This document shows, piece after piece, positions 57,628 to 64,000 of a stretch of 64,000 bases of DNA (positions within the stretch are counted from its first letter, which is position 1; each line of letters starts with the position of its first letter). Under the pieces are notes generated by a model. It had not been told where the DNA came from, did not search any database, and saw only the letters and a program-made list of their open reading frames with translations. The stretch is taken from contig JAFTNV010000028.1 in assembly GCA_017451685.1 (NCBI GenBank), positions 8,515 through 72,514 on the forward strand. Direction: 5' to 3'. The position numbers were made by a program, and so were the translations under genes. The DNA comes from Alistipes sp. (GTDB lineage: Bacteria > Bacteroidota > Bacteroidia > Bacteroidales > Rikenellaceae).

Positions 57628-57748
57628 ATATTACGGGCGATTCACCCTCAAATATTGCCTATTCGCATCAAAAAAAGGGGCGAAATAACCATATATCGCA
57701 TTATTTATCTATATTTGGGGCGTAAAATATAGATAAGGTAATGTTAGT

Positions 57749-60700
57749 ATGAGTAGATTATTTACACGAAGCATTCTATTTTTCGTCGCCATCTTAGGGC
57801 TTTGGGCAACAACAGCCACGGCACAAGAGCCCGCAACAATAGCAATAACAGGAACAATCATCAACGAGGAGGGTGAGCCCATACCCGGTGCTACGGTATT
57901 GGTCGAGGGCAACAACCGCTTGGGCGTGGCGACAAACTCCATGGGTGAGTACAAGCTCACCGTACCCGCGGATGCGACAATCGTAGTCACATTCTTGGGC
58001 TACAACGACACCACCTTCGAGGTTGTGCCCAACCAGACGGACTACACCACAACGCTATATCAGGCATCGCAGCGCGTGAGCGACGTCGTCATCGTGGGCT
58101 ATGGCGAGCTTAAGAAGAGCGACCTAACGGGCTCGGTATCGGTAATCGGTGAGCGTAGCTTCCACGACCAGCCCGTAAAAAATGTGGCCGATGTGCTGCA
58201 GGGGCGTACTGCCGGTGTGGAGGTGACAACGACGAGCGGCATGCCGGGTGCAAGTTCGCGCGTGCGCGTGCGCGGTACTACATCTATAAATAAGAGCAGC
58301 GACCCGCTATACGTCATCGACGGAATAATATCGTCGAGTGGCCTCGATGGCCTCAACCCGCAGGATATAGCCTCGATGCAGATACTAAAGGATGCCTCGT
58401 CGACGGCCGTATATGGCTCGCGCGGTGCTAATGGCGTGGTGCTCATCACAACACGCACGGGCGAGAAGGGTACATCGCGCATATACTTCGACACGAAGAT
58501 AGGTATTTCGGAGGTGCGCAAGAACTACGACCTCCTCAACGCCTACGAGTATGCCCTGGCGCTTAACGACATAAAGGGTTCGGAGACAATATCGCCCACC
58601 GACCTCGAGCTTTATCGAACGGGCCAAAAGGGCATAGACTGGATAGACCTTCTCACACGCACGGGCATAACGCAGAACTACACACTCGGTGCCACAGGCG
58701 GCAGCGACAAGATACGCTACATGGTGTCGGGAAGCGTCCTCGACCAGCAGGCCGTGACCATCAAGGCGAAGTACATGCGCTACGGCCTACGTGCCAACAT
58801 AGATGCTGACGTACGCCCATGGCTTACACTCTCGACAAAGATAAACGGCTCGGTGTTACATCAGAAGAACGGAGCACCCAACTGGTTTCATGTGCTCAAC
58901 TTCTCGCCTACGATGGAGATGAAGAACCCCACAACGGGCATATACAACAACGACCCCTACAATATAGGCACGGGTAACAACCCCTATGGCGTGATGATGG
59001 AGAACTATAGCGACTCGTACAGCTACAACCTCAACGCCAACGCCACGCTTCTCTTCCGCATCGTGAAGGGCCTAACCCTCAGCATACAGGGAGGCTACGA
59101 CTTCGACTACTCGCCGTCGTACAGCTTCTCGTCGAGCAAGGTAGCCCCGGGCGCCAAGAGCTCGATGTCGAACAACTCGTCGCTACACAACTACTGGCAG
59201 AATACCAACAACCTGACATATAGCGGCACGTTTGGTCGCCATACGCTCGCAGCAACAGCCGTATGGGAGCTTAGTGGCGTCACAAATAGTTCGATGGGCA
59301 TAAGTGGCACGGGCCTTAGCAATGAGAGTGTGGGCTACTGGGATGTGAGCAATGCCGCGACGCGCAGTCAGTCGAATGGCTACAGCGAGTCGTCGCTCAT
59401 GTCGGGCATCGTGCGTCTGAACTACGACTACGACAAGCGTTACTTCCTTACCGCCGCGTTCCGTGCCGACGGCTCGTCGAAGTTCCAGAGGGATCACCGC
59501 TGGGGTTACTTCCCCTCGGCTGCTGTGGCGTGGGATATCGCTGCTGAGGAGTTCATGCAGGGTCAGGATGTCGTCGAGCAGCTTAAGCTTCGCGCAAGTT
59601 ACGGTGTGACGGGCAACGAGGGCATCTCGGCATACAGCACCCTTGGCCTCCTCTCGAAGACATCGTACGGCTGGGGCACGACGACAGACTATACGGGATA
59701 CTGGGGTAACACCTTCGCCACGCCCGACCTCACGTGGGAGAAGACATCGCAGATAGACGTCGGCTTAGACCTCTCGCTCGGAGGCGTGAACATATCGTTC
59801 GACTGGTTCCGCAAGGATACCGAGGATCTACTCTTTCAGAAGCAGGTGCCCCTATACAACGGTGGCGGTAAGTATTGGGTAAATCAGGGTGCGCTCAAGA
59901 ACGAGGGTTATGAGTTCTCGCTCAACACCTTCGTCATCGACCGCGCCGTGAAGTGGGAGACGACGGCCAACGTGACGTATATCAAGAATGAGGTCGTAGA
60001 CCTCGCGGGTGATGACGTTGTCCTCACGGCTGACTATAGCGACCTTGGTGGCGAAATGCAGATAATGAAGCCGGGCTACCCATTAGGGTCGTTCTATGTC
60101 TACGACTGGGCGGGCTTCGACGACCATGGCGCCAACCTCTACCGCAAGGCTGACGGCACGCTTACGACAGCACCCACGGCTGCCGACCGCATAATACGTG
60201 GCTCGGCTTCGCCCAAGTGGATGGTGGGCTGGAACAACACCATCATCTGGCGCAACCTCTCGGTGAACATCTTCTTCAACGGCGCCTTCGACTACGACCG
60301 TCTGAACATCAGCCGCTTCACCACGGCATCTATGAGTGGCGTGTCGCGCTTCATCACGCTCCGCGATGCCTACTTCCGTGGCTGGGACTATGTCGAGGAT
60401 AAGAGCCAGGCGTTATATCCGAGTGTGACGAACACCGACAATAAGAGCTACGCCAACTCTACGCTATGGCTCGAAGATGCCTCGTTCCTCAAGCTCAAGA
60501 ACATAAGCATCGCCTACACCATCCCGCGCCACGTGACACGCTTTGTCGACATACAGATATCGCTAAGCGCACAGGATGTATTCACGCTGAGCAAGTATAA
60601 GGGCATGGATCCCGAGGTATACTCGAGCTACGACGGCATAGACTATGGCGCCTACCCCGTGCCCCGCACCTACACCGTAGGTCTCAAACTAACATTCTAA
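57749..60700 (+). CDS. susC: SusC/RagA TonB-dependent transporter
   Basis: CarboxypepD_reg-like N-terminus, DPLYVIDG, LKDASSTAVYGSRGANGVVLITT, RADGSSKF, LTWEKT, C-terminal F. TATATTTG at 57710-57717. Confidence 0.95.
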   Translation: MSRLFTRSILFFVAILGLWATTATAQEPATIAITGTIINEEGEPIPGATVLVEGNNRLGVATNSMGEYKLTVPADATIVVTFLGYNDTTFEVVPNQTDYTTTLYQASQRVSDVVIVGYGELKKSDLTGSVSVIGERSFHDQPVKNVADVLQGRTAGVEVTTTSGMPGASSRVRVRGTTSINKSSDPLYVIDGIISSSGLDGLNPQDIASMQILKDASSTAVYGSRGANGVVLITTRTGEKGTSRIYFDTKIGISEVRKNYDLLNAYEYALALNDIKGSETISPTDLELYRTGQKGIDWIDLLTRTGITQNYTLGATGGSDKIRYMVSGSVLDQQAVTIKAKYMRYGLRANIDADVRPWLTLSTKINGSVLHQKNGAPNWFHVLNFSPTMEMKNPTTGIYNNDPYNIGTGNNPYGVMMENYSDSYSYNLNANATLLFRIVKGLTLSIQGGYDFDYSPSYSFSSSKVAPGAKSSMSNNSSLHNYWQNTNNLTYSGTFGRHTLAATAVWELSGVTNSSMGISGTGLSNESVGYWDVSNAATRSQSNGYSESSLMSGIVRLNYDYDKRYFLTAAFRADGSSKFQRDHRWGYFPSAAVAWDIAAEEFMQGQDVVEQLKLRASYGVTGNEGISAYSTLGLLSKTSYGWGTTTDYTGYWGNTFATPDLTWEKTSQIDVGLDLSLGGVNISFDWFRKDTEDLLFQKQVPLYNGGGKYWVNQGALKNEGYEFSLNTFVIDRAVKWETTANVTYIKNEVVDLAGDDVVLTADYSDLGGEMQIMKPGYPLGSFYVYDWAGFDDHGANLYRKADGTLTTAPTAADRIIRGSASPKWMVGWNNTIIWRNLSVNIFFNGAFDYDRLNISRFTTASMSGVSRFITLRDAYFRGWDYVEDKSQALYPSVTNTDNKSYANSTLWLEDASFLKLKNISIAYTIPRHVTRFVDIQISLSAQDVFTLSKYKGMDPEVYSSYDGIDYGAYPVPRTYTVGLKLTF

Positions 60701-60713
60701 CATTTGCGACAAC

Positions 60714-62309
60714 ATGAAATACAGGATACTTATATTCACACTCCTTAGCACGGCACTACTTAGCTCGTGCGTAGACTTCCTCGACGAGGATGCCAAGGGT
60801 AAGCTCCCGAGCGACAAGTTCTTCACCACGAAGAACGACCTCCAGGCGTCGCTCAACTCTCTCTACTCCGTGGTGGCCACATCGCAGTATGCCAACCACT
60901 ACATAGGCACCAACTTCCTCTCGGGCGACGACATATCGACCCACCCGGCGAGCAACAAGCAGCCGCTGCGCGAGCACGACCAGTATAGCGTGACGGATAA
61001 TAACTCGTGGATGGTGAACCTCTGGGAGCAGCGCTACAAGGTCATCAAGGCCGCCAACTTCATCATAAACAACGCCTCGCGCACACCCGATGTTAGCAAG
61101 GCGGAGATTACCGAGGCCATAGCGCAGGCACACTTCTGGCGCGCATACTCCTACTTCTACCTCGTGACAACATGGGGCGAGGTGCCCGTGATGCTCGACG
61201 AGAAGATTGACTACAACGCCCCGCTAAAGAGTGTCGAGGATATTTATACTCTTATCCTCAGCGACCTCACGATTGCCGAGCAGGGGTGCCCCGACAACTA
61301 CACCAAGGCCCCACAGTTGCTTAACGGCATGAACGTGGCCGTGAGCCGTGGTGCCGTGAAGGCGACGATGGCGTACGTCTACATGTGCATGGCGGGCTGG
61401 CCGCTGAATAAGGGCGTGGAGTACTACGACCTTGCTGCAAAGAAGGCCGAGGAGGTCATCGACCTTGTGGAGAACAAGACATACTACTACCGCCTCTTGG
61501 ATAACTATGCCGATGTATACTCGCAGGCATATACGCAGAAGAATCCCGAGATTATCCTCGGCATATACTACAACCGCGACCGCACATCGCAGATGATGCC
61601 CCTCACGGACTTCCTCCTCGACATGAAGCAGTCGGGCTGGGGCGACACGAATGGCGAGATAAAGTTCTGGAAGGAGTTCCCCGAGGGCCCACGCAAGGAG
61701 GCTACATACTTTCCCAAGATTATGCTCTCGGATGGCGAGCTACACGACTGGTGGTACGACACCGAGCCCGCCTCGCGTGAGGTTGTGGCCCCCGTGTTTA
61801 TGAAGTCGGCAGAGGCCGCAGGTGGCGTTGCCGAGTTCGACTACGCAAGCCCCTCACCCGGCCCACAGTATGGTCAAAAGACAGGACAAGTTATACGCCT
61901 TGCAGAGGTATACTGCTGGTATGCCGAGGCTACGGGCCGCGCGGGCAAGGTGACACAGAAGGCTGTAGATGTGCTTAACCGCGTGCGTAACCGTGCCGAT
62001 GGCAAGCAGACGAACCTCTACACCACGGCGATGAGTGCCGAGGAGCTTGCCGAGGCGGCATACGACGAGCATGGCTGGGAGATTGCGGGATACTACTGGT
62101 GTGGCTTTGCCTCGCGCTCACGCGACATGTTCCGCATGTATCGCCTGAAGGAGCACTTCGAGTACCGCAAAGAAAACCCCATGATAGAGGTTGCCCCGGG
62201 CGTTATGCGCAACGAGGCGGTGAAGGTCACGGGCACGTGGGACGACACTAAGATGTACTGCCCCTACCCCAATAAGGATGTGCTATTAAACCCCGGGTTG
62301 AAGAGATAG
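60714..62309 (+). CDS. susD: SusD/RagB lipoprotein
   Basis: LSS-C VDFLD, A.F.RAYSYF.LV..WGEVP, RLAEVY..YAEA, LN.VR.RA, NP.L end. Confidence 0.93.
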   Translation: MKYRILIFTLLSTALLSSCVDFLDEDAKGKLPSDKFFTTKNDLQASLNSLYSVVATSQYANHYIGTNFLSGDDISTHPASNKQPLREHDQYSVTDNNSWMVNLWEQRYKVIKAANFIINNASRTPDVSKAEITEAIAQAHFWRAYSYFYLVTTWGEVPVMLDEKIDYNAPLKSVEDIYTLILSDLTIAEQGCPDNYTKAPQLLNGMNVAVSRGAVKATMAYVYMCMAGWPLNKGVEYYDLAAKKAEEVIDLVENKTYYYRLLDNYADVYSQAYTQKNPEIILGIYYNRDRTSQMMPLTDFLLDMKQSGWGDTNGEIKFWKEFPEGPRKEATYFPKIMLSDGELHDWWYDTEPASREVVAPVFMKSAEAAGGVAEFDYASPSPGPQYGQKTGQVIRLAEVYCWYAEATGRAGKVTQKAVDVLNRVRNRADGKQTNLYTTAMSAEELAEAAYDEHGWEIAGYYWCGFASRSRDMFRMYRLKEHFEYRKENPMIEVAPGVMRNEAVKVTGTWDDTKMYCPYPNKDVLLNPGLKR

Positions 62310-62492
62310 ACTATCCGGGATGTCAATAATCTCAGGAATTTCAGGCTCCGAGGCGGGTGTTACGACAGTGACATCCGCCTTTGCCGTACTCTCGAAGCAC
62401 ATCGAGCGGTAGTTGCCGGCGTTTAGTATGGCAAAGACCATGACGGCAATTATGGTAATGGCACACAACGTGCCGAGTAGTCTATTTATCAT
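62286..62492 (-). CDS. Small hypothetical membrane protein (68 aa)
   Basis: ATGA overlap with the S41 protease stop. One N-terminal TM helix and an acidic/Pro tail. Confidence 0.55.
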   Translation of the reverse strand: MINRLLGTLCAITIIAVMVFAILNAGNYRSMCFESTAKADVTVVTPASEPEIPEIIDIPDSLSLQPGV

Positions 62493-64000
62493 CGTCGAGA
62501 ATTGTTTTTCAGTTCCTTACGCAACTCCTTGACGGCACGCTGCATGGCCTCGTCAATGGCATATATGTTGTGGTAGAAGCCCGACTCATCGTCGAGGGTG
62601 TTACGCCCGATGTAGGCACGAATCTGCGCCTCGATAATCCTACGCGAGAGTCGCAATCCCTCGTCGTCACGCGCCACACCGTTACGCTCGGCATAGCCCA
62701 CAAACTCCTCGATAATATCGCCCTCGTCGAGCAGCTTTTCGAGCTCGTCGAGCGACTTTACGGCATCCATCGCAGCACGATGGCGGTCGGTGAAGTCCAT
62801 GGTGTAGCGATACAACACATTCGTGTTCCACACCTTATGGTAGTAGTCCGACATGCCGAGCGTGTCGAGCGGGATGAATATGTCGGGCATGATGCCACCT
62901 CCGCCATAGACGGTGCGCCCCGCGGGTGTCTTAAACTTCATCGTGTCGTCGAAGTGGATGGAGTCGGCCGAGAAGAACTCGCTGTGGTTGTAGCGGTTGA
63001 TGATGTCCATGTGGTAGGACATCTCGTCACCACTAACATACGGCTTTTGTATCGAGCGCCCCGTGGGCGTGTAGTAGCGCGCCACCGTGAGGCGTACTGC
63101 CGAGCCATCGGCAAAGGGTATCTGCGCCTGCACAAGTCCCTTACCGAAGGTGCGACGTCCAAGGACGATGCCGCGGTCGTTATCCTGAATCGCTCCGGCT
63201 AATATCTCGCTCGACGAGGCACTCGTCTCGTCCACGAGGATGGCAAGCGCCACATCCTGATACTTACCCCTGCCCGTGCTATACTCATTAATGCGACGGC
63301 CATGACGATCCTCGGTATATACTATGAGCTTGTCGGCCGGCAGGAACTCGTTGACCATGGGTATCACCTGATCGAGGAAGCCTCCGCCATTGCCACGTAG
63401 GTCTATAATGACGCCACACATGCCCTCCGCGGCGAGCTTATCCAACGCTCCACGTATCTCGGCATAGGATGTGCGCGAGAACTGCGATAGACGTATGAAG
63501 CCAATCTTAGCCTCGTCGTCGAGCATGAAGGCCGTCTCGACGCTGTGGAGCTCTATGGCATCGCGCGTGACATCAATATCGACGAGGTCGTCTATGTGCG
63601 CACGCTGCACCGAGAGCCTCACCTTCGTGCCTCGGGGCCCACGCATGAGGCGCACCATCGAGTCCTGCGGTATCTTCTGCCCCGCCACATTACGGCCGTC
63701 GATGCGTAGCACGCGGTCGCCGGCACGCACCCCCGCCTTATCCGAGGGGCCCTGCGGTATGACGCTGAGCACGGTGATGGTGTCGGTCATGGCGTTAAAG
63801 ACGATGCCTATGCCGTCAAACTCACCCTCGAGCGACTCGTTCACCTTGTCGAACATCTTCGCGGGGATATACTCCGAGTGGGGGTCGAGCTCCGAGAGGA
63901 GTGCCGGTATGGCCTTCTCGTAGATGGTGTCGAGGTCTATGTTGTCGACATAGTTGGTGCTTATGGCCATTATGGTCTGCATCATCTTGTCGCTGCCGGC
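62489..64000 (-). CDS. ctpA: S41 family C-terminal processing protease (5' end outside window)
   Basis: LDPHS, GIG + PDZ, DLRGNGGG, SASSSEI, TFGKGLVQ, YYTPTGRSIQ. Confidence 0.93.
   Translation of the reverse strand, partial: AGSDKMMQTIMAISTNYVDNIDLDTIYEKAIPALLSELDPHSEYIPAKMFDKVNESLEGEFDGIGIVFNAMTDTITVLSVIPQGPSDKAGVRAGDRVLRIDGRNVAGQKIPQDSMVRLMRGPRGTKVRLSVQRAHIDDLVDIDVTRDAIELHSVETAFMLDDEAKIGFIRLSQFSRTSYAEIRGALDKLAAEGMCGVIIDLRGNGGGFLDQVIPMVNEFLPADKLIVYTEDRHGRRINEYSTGRGKYQDVALAILVDETSASSSEILAGAIQDNDRGIVLGRRTFGKGLVQAQIPFADGSAVRLTVARYYTPTGRSIQKPYVSGDEMSYHMDIINRYNHSEFFSADSIHFDDTMKFKTPAGRTVYGGGGIMPDIFIPLDTLGMSDYYHKVWNTNVLYRYTMDFTDRHRAAMDAVKSLDELEKLLDEGDIIEEFVGYAERNGVARDDEGLRLSRRIIEAQIRAYIGRNTLDDESGFYHNIYAIDEAMQRAVKELRKELKNNSRR

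Overview
Chromosomal window of a Bacteroidota genome, most likely Rikenellaceae/Alistipes-like. This placement is inferred from TAnnTTTG promoters, SusC/SusD, PorX, bS22, futalosine-pathway MqnE and core genes near 55-60% GC. Positions 493-16634, between obgE and tgt, hold an accessory array of eight minus-strand acidic surface-lipoprotein genes, interrupted by one GT2 gene. These proteins are built from a small shared set of modules (BACON-like, FN3-like and several unnamed ~120-150 aa beta-rich units) in different orders. Four share almost the same signal peptide, some pairs share identical DNA blocks, and several have AT-richer 3' tips. The spacers carry ERIC/MITE-like ~126-128 bp palindromes and a recurring terminator-like hairpin. 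The rest is mostly housekeeping: tgt, lptG, rluD, ygiQ, pfkA, ppiD-like, lptC, coaX, mfd, rng, bS22, HU, tsaE, porX, S9 peptidase, ECF sigma, rsmG, trxB, rnz, ung, alkaline phosphatase, SusC/SusD and an S41 protease. Oddities there include an in-frame MqnE-PASTA fusion, a motif-degenerate GT2 coupled to an ECF sigma, a low-GC solo YhcG/DUF1016 gene and a duplicated promoter. I saw no tRNA, rRNA, CRISPR array, transposase, integrase or reverse transcriptase. All product calls come from motifs recognised by eye, without database searches.
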